Virus record (IMG/VR): IMGVR_UViG_3300009008_000005 | Coordinates: 116,826 to 180,825 of that record | Source: a virus | Direction: 5' to 3' (one strand) | Length of the DNA: 64,000 nucleotides | In this document: piece by piece, positions 53,585 to 62,609 of the stretch | How the letters are laid out: each line of letters starts with the position of its first letter | Position numbering within the stretch: the first letter of the stretch is position 1 | Made by a program: the position numbers and the translations under genes | The notes under the pieces: generated by a model | What the model saw: the letters and a program-made list of their open reading frames with translations, nothing else | Told to the model about the DNA's origin: nothing | Database searches by the model: none

Positions 53585-56500
53585 TAGTACCCCTCGCCCA
53601 GAGGCTTCGTACCGAATTCCTTCCCGTATACCAGGGAGGGGATCGGGTGCATACCATGCAGATTCGAGGACTGCCGGATTGCCGCTGCGTCCTGGACTGT
53701 ATCACGGAGACGGGCGTAGACCATCTTAGCCAACCAGTCATCGTGGATGTCGAGAGGTAGTGTGGTGGTTCCCCGGAGGATAGGTTTGTACTTGACCGGC
53801 TTCGCACCCTTGGGCCTCTTTCCGTTCCACTCCTCCATCTGAGAGATCCTAGCTGTGTCCCCCTTGAGGAGGTTATCGTCTCCACCCGGATCCTGGACCC
53901 GGGCGGTGTTCGTGAGGGCCTTTACGATGACCTCCATGTGCCGCCTTTTGATTCCATAAGGATCATAGATCTTTCCCATCTCGTCAGTGAGGTACTTCTG
54001 CACCGTAGGGAGATTCGTGAGTTCCAGAAGCTCGTGAGGATTGATCAGCCCATGCGATATCTGCTGGCCCTTGGTCACCTTCGAGCCGACCTTGACATCC
54101 AGACCACGGTTCTGGGGTACGTAGTGCTGAGTATCTCCAACACCTACATCCCACCCACCAACGGGACTCTTCTTGATGGAGGTCACCTTCCCGGAGTCTC
54201 TGGCTAGGACTGCTGAGTTCGGGATGTTCTTGGGTAGCTGTACGATCTGGCGTAGACGACTCATTGCGTCCACGATTCCACCGCCCTTACCAGTGTGGAA
54301 AACCCGCATGGTCAGCTGAGCTGCACGCTCCCCCACGGCCTGAGTAGCATGGATACCCACGTTCGTTCCCATCGGAGCAGCATTCGCTCCTGCGTGAACC
54401 CCGTAGCACTTCTGACACACCCCGTTAGCTACACGGCACTTCAGGGGGCTACGTACCACGACGCCAGTAACCTTGGATGCCTTCAGCTTGGAAAGAGTGT
54501 CCGTGGTGATGAGCGTGTTCGATTTGATCGTCTGGCCCGACCGCAGCTTGATGGATACAGCAGTATACCTGTCGAGTAGGGAGTTGTTGGTGGTGGGGAG
54601 CATGATCCCCTTAGGGGTCTTGCAGTCCGGGGAGGAGATGATAATGTCCATCGTGGACTTACCGAGCTGTTTCGTGATTGCGCCCGGGTCCCTGACCTCC
54701 TGCGTCTTAGCGATGATACCTCGCCGAACACCAGGTGCAGACATCCAGTAGTCGGCCATGGATAGACCATCACCATAGCTACCTGTTACAGCCGGAGTAG
54801 CTGGGGAGCCTGTCGGATCCTGCACCAGCATACGAGCTAAAATGATCTGCTCGATCTGTGTCCAGGAGGGCTTCACGCCAGCCTGGGACATGATGTATAG
54901 CGCCGTGTCCTTCTTCTTGAGGATAGGCATAGCCTCCCGTTCCATGATGGCACTAGCATCCTCATAGAGCTTCAGCATAGCCTTGTGCTTTGCGTCCTTG
55001 GAGAGATTCTTGTTCTCCTGGATCTTACGGACCTTCGGCTCCACAGCGGCCAGGGCCTTGTTACGGATACCCTTCAGCGGCTCGAAGTCCGTTAGCTTGT
55101 AAGAGAACCCTACCTTGTGGACATGACCGAACCCCAGGTCCTTGAGTACCTGTGCGGTCTGGACGTATAGCTGGGGCTTCTCCGTGGCTATGTGCTGGAG
55201 CAGCTTGTTCACACCACCCTTGTTCAAGGACCAGTCTGCCTTGTTGGACAACAGTGCGGAGGCTTCCTTCGGGAGCTTCTGTTTCAGTAGCTCACGCCCA
55301 GCGGTAGTCCGAAGCTTGCCGATACCCACCTGCGTGTCCCAAGGGATCTTTCCGTTATCGGCGTCCTCGATCAAGTCATCAGACGAGGAGTATTTCGTTG
55401 AAATACTGTTCTTCTTCACCCTGGACAGGAGATACAGACCTACGAGGCTTTCCATCGTAGGGGTGTGGATAATGGCATCAGATGCAGGGTTGATTAGGTT
55501 ACGGCTGGGCATCAACCCATAAGCTTCCTTCACAGCTTCCTTGGATACAGGCACGAACAGAGCTACCTGGTCACCATCGAAGTCTGCGTTGAACCCCGAG
55601 GTAACCAAGGGATGAATGTGGATCTCCTTGTCACCCATGATCCGCACATTGAAGGCCATGATCCCGAACTTGTGGAGAACAGGATCCCGCTTCATCAGGA
55701 CAGGGCGCTCCTTCAGGACCTCCTTCATGGCTAGCTTCGCATGCTCCGACTTGGCAATGATGGACTCCCTTGCTTCCAATGGCCGCATCCCACCAAGGAC
55801 CATCTTCTGTTGGATGAAGGGACGGAACAGCTCCAAGGCTACGTCTTCAGGTAGGCCCACATCGTCTAGCTGCAGAGTCTGGTCGGGAACAATGATCCCA
55901 CGGGCCGTCATGTCCTGCTTCCTCTTGACGAGCTTCGTCATGAAGTAACCGGACTTGGGCTGTGGTCCTGCGATGATGTTGAGGATACCCTTCACCTGTG
56001 GTGAGGGTTCCTTCAATCCGGACAGGGCCCGCATGCCGTCATAGACTTCCTTCCGCAGGCGGGCTCTCTGGCTCTCGGGCATCTCTGGAGGAAGGTCCTT
56101 CAACTGCTGGTTACTCAATCCAAACTCTCTGTAGAGCTGATTGAGGTCTCCACGGCTAAGGTTCCCGTCATCTAAGACGGAGATCGGGCGTAGCTTAGGC
56201 GGAAGTACTAGCTGCTTATCGAGCATGTAGACCGTTGCGTCTACCTCCCCACGTACTAAGGCCCTAAGGTACTTAGCACGCTTGTTCAGCTTGTTGAGCT
56301 GGTCACCCTCTGTGTTGTTCAGCTCATCTACTGCGGCCTTCAACTCCTCCTTGGGGTTGATCTGTCCCAAGAGTTTCTTGATCGACTCTGGGCCCCTGAC
56401 TACAGGGTCTTCATCTGTGATCTTGCCTTCCTTGTTCAGGCCTACCTCACCAGTCAGGAGCTTTTCGTAGGTGGACTGGGTTATACCAAGGAGAGACTTG

Positions 56501-59500
56501 ATCGCTCGTTCGAAGACAGGGTTCGGGAAGGTCTCGGCTAGTGCGATGTGGCCGAAGTTCCTACCCCCAATACCACCTGTGACATCCTCATCGAACAATC
56601 CATTCTTCTCTGCCCGTAGATCCTTGGCCCTAAGCATACGACCCGGGTCCTTGATCTCTCCGTTCGAGATGTTGCTGATCTGCTTATCCGTGAATGGGAA
56701 GATAACAAGAGTATCATCCTCCCGCTCCACCCCAAGCCCCAAAGCCTCCAAGTACTTCACGAACTTGTCGAAGGCACTAGGTATCCTGGGTGGCGGTAAG
56801 GGCTGTCCCATCTGCACAGCCATCCAGATGTCATCTTGTGCAGAGTCCGCCTTGAAGGTCTGCATCTCTCGGAGGTTATGGATAGCCCCGTGGGCGAGCA
56901 TGCCGTAGATACCCAGCTCCCCCATGCGCTGTGCACCGTGCTTACCCCCACCACGGGGCTCTCCATCCAAAGTATACTCGTACCCCGGTCCCCAGGACCT
57001 GACTGCCATCTTCTTATCAGCCTGGTGCACCAGCTTCAGAATATACTGCTTACCTGTGAGGACCTGTCCCAGAGACTTCCCGGTCTGCGGGTCGAAGAGT
57101 TCCTCCGTCTCCGACAGCCCACGTTCCTTCAGCTTGTCCTGGACAACGGATAGGTAATCCCTCTCGTACTTGTAGGGTGCTACCCAGATCTTCTTTTTGT
57201 CCTCTCCACCCTTACCGGTGTTGACCACACGCCAGTGGCCCTTCACCTTCACGATCCGCTTGTTCCGATCCGACTCGAAGTTCCGGATGGCTACAGGGGA
57301 CTTCTCCTCTTCCGCAACATGAGAGATCGAAGTCTCCAGGACCTGCCCCACGTTCATACGACCGCCCACACCCTGAGGGTTGTGGATGATCTCGATGGCG
57401 TTCCCGTCCTTGTCCTGGGGCATCTCGTCATCTGGAAGGACTCCTGAGATGACACCCTTGTTGCCGTGGCGACCGGAGAGCTTGTCACCTGCCTTGGCAG
57501 GCTCCTCTGTTCGGATGTGTACGTGAACATCGTTCCCGATCTTGTTCACGCTAACGACCTTTCCTTCCACAGTGGAGTTCCAGGTTAGAGACTTGTCGGA
57601 ATACTCGCTGACCAGACTCTTGTGGACACCACGAAGGAGGGCTTTCTCTGGAGTCAGCTCCGCCTTCTTGGCTGTGGCCACCAGGATCTCCCCAGGTGAC
57701 ACGGTCTCTCCCACCTTCACCACACCCGTTGCGTCCAGCTTTTCCTCATTGGCAGGAGTCAGCTTCGCAGGGTAGAGCATCTTGTACTTCTTCCTGCTGT
57801 TGATGGACTCCTTCGGATCGATTGTGACAGAGGGCTTGTACATGTGAATGGAGGTCATCTTCTTAGCTGCGGTCTCAGAGATGAGGACCCCATCCTCGAA
57901 GGTCAGCCCCTTGTACGGGAGGTAGGCAATGCGGAGGTTCTTACCGAGCGCAAGCACTCCGTCCTTTGTATAGTTCGTATCAGCAACAGCCGCCCCACGG
58001 GTTACCTTGTCCCCCTTGGATACAGTGGCCTCCGACTGGAGGAACATGCTGACACCATTCAGTGGGAAGTTGTTGTACAGGTGGACGGGGTGATTCTTCC
58101 CCGTCTTGTCCTTGATCACGATTTTGTCTTTGGTGACGGAAGACACAGTACCTGACACGGGAGCTACGTGCCCTGCGATTGCGGCCCAGCGCTTCTCTAG
58201 CGTAGGAGCATTATCTCCAGTCTGAGACTGGACCTGCACAAGAGGGGCTTCACGATGCTTCAGCGGGATGGCCTGCTCCATGTGGCGAGCTGCCATCTCG
58301 ATACGTGTTCCGTCGTCATTGGACAAGAAGGGTACTAGGTTCGTAGACGAAGAGAAAAGCATGCTCGGGGAGGGGAGGATGTAGTCCACGTCCTTCGCAT
58401 CGACCGTAGCCTTCAGAGATTCCGGGGTCTGGGCATGGACGGCATTGGCTACAGGGGTGAAGTTCCCGTCCTTGTACTTGTACTGGTCTGGGAAGGCCAC
58501 TACTGACTTTGACAACTTCGCAGGGGACACCATGTCCAGCTTCTTGGACTTGGTGTTGAACATGGGTACCTTTACTTCCTGTCCGTCCTTATGGACACCC
58601 CACGCTAGGCGGAGGGTAATACCTGAGCGCTCTCCCTCAGGGGTATGCACAGGGTCTAACACACCAAGGTGAGAGGAGTGGACTGCCTTTGCATCCTCTG
58701 TCACACCGAAGGGACCACTGATACCACCAACCCCTTCACCAACCAGTGTCGTCTCGGTGAACCTAGATACCCAGTCCAGCGGATTGATTTGTTGGGTCTG
58801 GTTGGAGATCGATGACGACCGGAAGAAGGCATGGATGGGCTTGGTGAACACGTCGGAAGCAATGATGTCCCTTACACTGTCTCTACGGTCTAGACGGTTC
58901 AGGACCTTTCTACGAATCGCCGTCTTGGACCTATCGAGCCTGTCTGCTGCCAGGTCATCTACGCCCAGGAGGGACTTGAATTGGATAGCGTCACGGAAGT
59001 CGGGCTCTACCTCTCCCCGGTGAATACCCAGCAGCTTCTTGGATGCGACTAGTAGAGCCTCGTTGTTCACTGTGGCGAAGGGCTTTCCTAGGGTAAGTGC
59101 GGTGGTGTCCTCACGGATCTCGGTTTGAGCGAACCTCTCACGTATAGCCTTGGTAACACCCTCTTCCGTCTCCGGGACCGTGTCGCCCAATGAAGTAAGG
59201 AGCTTCCTCCCGTCCTTCATAGGCTTGGATACCTTCTTTGCGTTCTCCAACATCCCAGCGCCCCAGGCCTTCTGGATGTCTTCGTCCTCTGCGCCCATCA
59301 TCTTGAGTAGAGAGTATAGAGGTACCCTTGCGGACTCATACTTCAAGAGGAAAGTTTTCTTCTTAGGGTCGAGGATCAGATGGAAGCCCCTGCGGTTGAA
59401 GCCCTCCGCCAGGTTGAATTGTGTCTCTGGGTTACCCGTAGCTGCGATTCGGGAGTAGGCTCCGGACTTCAAGCGCCACAGATGTGAAACCTGTCGCTCC

Positions 59501-59820
59501 GAACCACCGACGATGAAACTGTACCTTCGAGTAAGACCTGGTACAGAGGCTAGTCGGATGCCCTTGACCTTGTCGAGAACCTTACCTGTGGCCTTGTCCT
59601 TGAGTACCACATCTCCCTTCACAGCCACGGACCAGGTTCGACCAGTGTTCTTCGCCGTAGTTTGGCTTGGAATATCGTCTACTGCCTTGGGATCTTCTGT
59701 AGTCAGATTCGAGACTTCCAGGGTGTGCTTCTTACCTTCGAAGGGAAAGAAGGACCCAATTTTGTGGGCGACCTTCTTCTGCAGATCGTCCATAAGGGAC
59801 TCAGGATTTAGAACCAGCAT
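53584..59820 (-). CDS. rpoBC: single-chain DNA-directed RNA polymerase, fused beta and beta-prime (2078 aa)
   Basis: beta: EMAARHMEQA, KLSGRHGNKG, NPQGVGGRMNVGQ, YILKL, GAQRMGE; beta-prime: RDPVLH, FNADFDGDQ, GERAAQLTMRVFH; one uninterrupted frame; GGAGG SD. Confidence 0.95.
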   Translation of the reverse strand: MLVLNPESLMDDLQKKVAHKIGSFFPFEGKKHTLEVSNLTTEDPKAVDDIPSQTTAKNTGRTWSVAVKGDVVLKDKATGKVLDKVKGIRLASVPGLTRRYSFIVGGSERQVSHLWRLKSGAYSRIAATGNPETQFNLAEGFNRRGFHLILDPKKKTFLLKYESARVPLYSLLKMMGAEDEDIQKAWGAGMLENAKKVSKPMKDGRKLLTSLGDTVPETEEGVTKAIRERFAQTEIREDTTALTLGKPFATVNNEALLVASKKLLGIHRGEVEPDFRDAIQFKSLLGVDDLAADRLDRSKTAIRRKVLNRLDRRDSVRDIIASDVFTKPIHAFFRSSSISNQTQQINPLDWVSRFTETTLVGEGVGGISGPFGVTEDAKAVHSSHLGVLDPVHTPEGERSGITLRLAWGVHKDGQEVKVPMFNTKSKKLDMVSPAKLSKSVVAFPDQYKYKDGNFTPVANAVHAQTPESLKATVDAKDVDYILPSPSMLFSSSTNLVPFLSNDDGTRIEMAARHMEQAIPLKHREAPLVQVQSQTGDNAPTLEKRWAAIAGHVAPVSGTVSSVTKDKIVIKDKTGKNHPVHLYNNFPLNGVSMFLQSEATVSKGDKVTRGAAVADTNYTKDGVLALGKNLRIAYLPYKGLTFEDGVLISETAAKKMTSIHMYKPSVTIDPKESINSRKKYKMLYPAKLTPANEEKLDATGVVKVGETVSPGEILVATAKKAELTPEKALLRGVHKSLVSEYSDKSLTWNSTVEGKVVSVNKIGNDVHVHIRTEEPAKAGDKLSGRHGNKGVISGVLPDDEMPQDKDGNAIEIIHNPQGVGGRMNVGQVLETSISHVAEEEKSPVAIRNFESDRNKRIVKVKGHWRVVNTGKGGEDKKKIWVAPYKYERDYLSVVQDKLKERGLSETEELFDPQTGKSLGQVLTGKQYILKLVHQADKKMAVRSWGPGYEYTLDGEPRGGGKHGAQRMGELGIYGMLAHGAIHNLREMQTFKADSAQDDIWMAVQMGQPLPPPRIPSAFDKFVKYLEALGLGVEREDDTLVIFPFTDKQISNISNGEIKDPGRMLRAKDLRAEKNGLFDEDVTGGIGGRNFGHIALAETFPNPVFERAIKSLLGITQSTYEKLLTGEVGLNKEGKITDEDPVVRGPESIKKLLGQINPKEELKAAVDELNNTEGDQLNKLNKRAKYLRALVRGEVDATVYMLDKQLVLPPKLRPISVLDDGNLSRGDLNQLYREFGLSNQQLKDLPPEMPESQRARLRKEVYDGMRALSGLKEPSPQVKGILNIIAGPQPKSGYFMTKLVKRKQDMTARGIIVPDQTLQLDDVGLPEDVALELFRPFIQQKMVLGGMRPLEARESIIAKSEHAKLAMKEVLKERPVLMKRDPVLHKFGIMAFNVRIMGDKEIHIHPLVTSGFNADFDGDQVALFVPVSKEAVKEAYGLMPSRNLINPASDAIIHTPTMESLVGLYLLSRVKKNSISTKYSSSDDLIEDADNGKIPWDTQVGIGKLRTTAGRELLKQKLPKEASALLSNKADWSLNKGGVNKLLQHIATEKPQLYVQTAQVLKDLGFGHVHKVGFSYKLTDFEPLKGIRNKALAAVEPKVRKIQENKNLSKDAKHKAMLKLYEDASAIMEREAMPILKKKDTALYIMSQAGVKPSWTQIEQIILARMLVQDPTGSPATPAVTGSYGDGLSMADYWMSAPGVRRGIIAKTQEVRDPGAITKQLGKSTMDIIISSPDCKTPKGIMLPTTNNSLLDRYTAVSIKLRSGQTIKSNTLITTDTLSKLKASKVTGVVVRSPLKCRVANGVCQKCYGVHAGANAAPMGTNVGIHATQAVGERAAQLTMRVFHTGKGGGIVDAMSRLRQIVQLPKNIPNSAVLARDSGKVTSIKKSPVGGWDVGVGDTQHYVPQNRGLDVKVGSKVTKGQQISHGLINPHELLELTNLPTVQKYLTDEMGKIYDPYGIKRRHMEVIVKALTNTARVQDPGGDDNLLKGDTARISQMEEWNGKRPKGAKPVKYKPILRGTTTLPLDIHDDWLAKMVYARLRDTVQDAAAIRQSSNLHGMHPIPSLVYGKEFGTKPLGEGY

Positions 59821-59891
59821 GGTTCCTCCCATTGAGAAGACTCTTGTTTATGATAGGAGACCCTCTCTCCGAGCGTCAACTCTTTAGCTGG

Positions 59892-59897
59892 TATAAG
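59892..59897 (+). promoter_or_regulatory. TATAAG putative phage promoter box
   Basis: CTGGTATAAGAG heading two small + strand ORFs, divergent from the RNAP gene. Confidence 0.5.
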
Positions 59898-59947
59898 AGC
59901 CTTGAAGCCTAGTCCCACATACCATAGGAGGTAAGAGTTGATCTAGG

Positions 59948-60097
59948 ATGCTGATTCTTGTAATGGATATCTTCAACGAGGACAGAAGGGATTCTCCGTT
60001 TGACATGTTCACGGATGATCTCTTTGCAGACCTGCCACCTGTGGATGATAATCAGGAGCAGGAAAAAGAGGACGAGAAGAACGAAGAAGAGAAATGA
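59948..60097 (+). CDS. small very acidic protein (49 aa)
   Basis: MLILVMDIFNEDRRDSPFDMFTDDLFADLPPVDDNQEQEKEDEKNEEEK; GGAGGT upstream. Confidence 0.5.
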   Translation: MLILVMDIFNEDRRDSPFDMFTDDLFADLPPVDDNQEQEKEDEKNEEEK

Positions 60098-60189
60098 GAA
60101 TTGCCGCCCTGTACTTTTTGGCGTCCCTAGCTATGCATGCGGGTAGCACCCTGCTAGCTATGGCGCAGAAGGCTGTCAGACAGAAGTGA
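60094..60189 (+). CDS. small hydrophobic peptide (31 aa)
   Basis: ATGA-coupled; MRIAALYFLASLAMHAGSTLLAMAQKAVRQK. Confidence 0.35.
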   Translation: MRIAALYFLASLAMHAGSTLLAMAQKAVRQK

Positions 60190-60238
60190 CAGTCGGGAAG
60201 GGTACAGCCAGGCGGTACAGCCAATAGAGCTGTTGCTG

Positions 60239-60266
60239 AAGGGGGCCCCGCCTGGCCCCCTTCTTT
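60239..60266. terminator. hairpin terminator between convergent genes
   Basis: AAGGGGGCC-ccgcct-GGCCCCCTT-CTTT. Confidence 0.7.
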
Positions 60267-60573
60267 ACCTATGATGGAACTCTACACCAGGTCTTTTGGA
60301 GAATTTATCTACGAATTTCGCATTCATGTCGAAGAACATGCGACCATTCTTACGCAGTGCCCTCAAGGCTTGCCTACGAGAATTTCTGCCGAGTCTACCT
60401 CTTAGGAGATGCCGCTTGTGGTCCGGAGTCTTCTTCCATAGATCAGCTCCACGTAGATCCATATCCAAGCTGACGAGGGGAAGTCTAAGGCGCTTCGCAA
60501 GGGTAGCGGCATAAGTAGACTTTCCGGCACCTGAGTGACCTGTAACTACTATGTGCCTGAAATCCCTATCCAT
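60265..60573 (-). CDS. short P-loop kinase-like protein (102 aa), possibly truncated
   Basis: IVVTGHSGAGKSTYAATLAKRLRLPLVSLD; GAGG SD. Confidence 0.6.
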   Translation of the reverse strand: MDRDFRHIVVTGHSGAGKSTYAATLAKRLRLPLVSLDMDLRGADLWKKTPDHKRHLLRGRLGRNSRRQALRALRKNGRMFFDMNAKFVDKFSKRPGVEFHHR

Positions 60574-60580
60574 GCCTCAC

Positions 60581-62599
60581 CTAAATATAACGACTACCCT
60601 CCGGAGAGGTACTGGGTCGTTGCTCCGGGAGGGGCTGTCCACCCTGTCCGGAAGCCTTAGCCACCTGATACTGGTGGATGAAGTGGAGGACTGCTGGGTA
60701 GATATCAGGACGCTGATCCCTAACCGTAGCCAGGTACTGCATACGCTGACCAGAGTCGAATGACATCAGGTTCGAGGCGATGGCCTGAGCTTCTTGATCC
60801 TGCGTAGGAGTCGTAGGGGCCATGGGTGCTTCTGGAGGCTGTTGGGCCTGAGGCTCACCCGTGAAAGGTGCACCCCTACCAGCCGTACCACCTTCAGGAG
60901 CCCTAGGAGGCTGAGGTGGCATGGGACCACCCGGAGCTTGCTGCATACCTGGTACCTGCTGCTCCTGCCCAGGAGGTGGCTGTCCCTCCTGACCAGGTTG
61001 TCCTTCCTGCCCAGGTTGAGGCGGAGGCTGTACACCCAGGGCCTGCATCCGCTCTTGCATAGCAGCCTGGGACTCAGCCTGGTATTTCGCCGAAATAATC
61101 CCAGCCTCGCCCTGCACCTCAGCTGCCTGTGTCTGCAGCTTGAGCTGGATCTCCCTCTCAGGTTCCAGCTCATTGAGGATCTGCTCAGACTCAGGCTTCC
61201 ACTCGTAGTCCCGGCTCTCCACCACGGTCTTCTTGGAGATGTACCGTGCCTGTGCGAGCTGGAAGTCGAAGGCAGCACGCTGAAGATCGTCAGCCATCTT
61301 GAAGGGCTTGAATTTCACCTTCACAGGTGGGATACCCAGGAACGAGGACACGCCACGAATGATGAACTTCAGGAACTGGGCCATGTCTTCCCGGTCCCCA
61401 ATGAATCCGTTCTCCAGAGTACGTAGGGATACGGAGGACCCAGAGTAGCTCAGGCCACCGAAGATGAACTCCGAAGGTACGCCTAGACCTGCGAGGATCT
61501 GATCCGCTACAAGGCGCATCTCCTGATGGAGCATGAGGGCTCTGCCCTGCCCACCAATAGACTGGTACCCGAGAGGATACGGAAGCACAGGCATGTAGTT
61601 CGGATCGTCACGCCACGTGCGTACCTCAGACTGTACCTGCTGCTCCCAGTCCAGAAGGTTGATCTGCGTATAGGGGTTGTCGATCTGCCCGGAGGCCTGA
61701 GGGAACAGGACCCGGAGCGGAACGATGTGATCTAGTGCGACTGCCTCCTGCGCTTTCTGCAGGATCCGGTAGTAGAAGCAGAGCTTGATGACGGGAGCGA
61801 TGTTCGGAACACCCCACCCTGAGTCATGCCTGGAGATACTGGACCGCTTCATGTGGAACAGAGAACCGGCCTTGAACGTGAGCCGCTTCTGATTTGCGAC
61901 AGCGTTCAGGAAGGACTGGGGTACCCGAGTGATGACATCCTTACGGCCCAGGGTAATGGCGTTCGCCAGAGCAGGTGGCATCGTGAAGAAGTACCGTGAC
62001 TCGTTGTTCTCCGGGTTGTGGTCGATGTCGATGTAGTTAGGGTTCCAGCGGACGAGGTTCAGGCCACGAGTCGAACGGATGTACTGGTCGTGGGCCTTCC
62101 CATTGCCGTGGAACTTACACTCAGGGCAGGTGTACAGGAACTTGTAGCCAGACCAGGTGTAATCCGTTCGGTCTGCAGGTACACGGGAATGACACTCCGG
62201 ACACTCCAGGACCTTGCGCATCGGATAGTGGATCGACACAAAGGCGTTGCCATAGGTCTTGTAGTCCAGGTTCATCTCTACGAGGAAGGACCTGATGTGG
62301 AAGACCTCATCGAACAAGTACTCATAAACGCTGTTGATGTAGTCGTTGTCACCGTGATAGATGAGGTCGGTAATGGGGTAGGAGGCCATCTTCGTAGTGG
62401 CAGCATGGATGAGAGGATCCATGATGGCGAAGTACTCACACCAGCGGAACATGTGCTTGATGCTGGTGGGCAGGTAGAGGTTCGTCACATCCGAGAAGAT
62501 GTTGGCGTAGGGCCCATACTCCTGGCTCCCCGCACGACTGTCGTAGGAGTCGAAGCGAAAGGCGGAGCCTGGAGCTAGGTCGTATCCACTGCTACTCAC
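60581..62599 (-). CDS. portal protein with zinc-ribbon insert and P/Q-rich tail (672 aa)
   Basis: DPLIHAATTKMASYP, LDYKTYGNAF, HMKR...WGVP, QEAVALDHIVPLRV pattern; virion context. Confidence 0.75.
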   Translation of the reverse strand: MSSSGYDLAPGSAFRFDSYDSRAGSQEYGPYANIFSDVTNLYLPTSIKHMFRWCEYFAIMDPLIHAATTKMASYPITDLIYHGDNDYINSVYEYLFDEVFHIRSFLVEMNLDYKTYGNAFVSIHYPMRKVLECPECHSRVPADRTDYTWSGYKFLYTCPECKFHGNGKAHDQYIRSTRGLNLVRWNPNYIDIDHNPENNESRYFFTMPPALANAITLGRKDVITRVPQSFLNAVANQKRLTFKAGSLFHMKRSSISRHDSGWGVPNIAPVIKLCFYYRILQKAQEAVALDHIVPLRVLFPQASGQIDNPYTQINLLDWEQQVQSEVRTWRDDPNYMPVLPYPLGYQSIGGQGRALMLHQEMRLVADQILAGLGVPSEFIFGGLSYSGSSVSLRTLENGFIGDREDMAQFLKFIIRGVSSFLGIPPVKVKFKPFKMADDLQRAAFDFQLAQARYISKKTVVESRDYEWKPESEQILNELEPEREIQLKLQTQAAEVQGEAGIISAKYQAESQAAMQERMQALGVQPPPQPGQEGQPGQEGQPPPGQEQQVPGMQQAPGGPMPPQPPRAPEGGTAGRGAPFTGEPQAQQPPEAPMAPTTPTQDQEAQAIASNLMSFDSGQRMQYLATVRDQRPDIYPAVLHFIHQYQVAKASGQGGQPLPEQRPSTSPEGSRYI

Positions 62600-62609
62600 A
62601 TCAACCTCT

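Noticed and set aside
53584-59820. Host chromosomal rpoBC locus
   Set aside because: No rplKAJL or rpsL neighbours; flanked by spike and portal genes; shorter than cellular beta plus beta-prime and missing the zinc finger.
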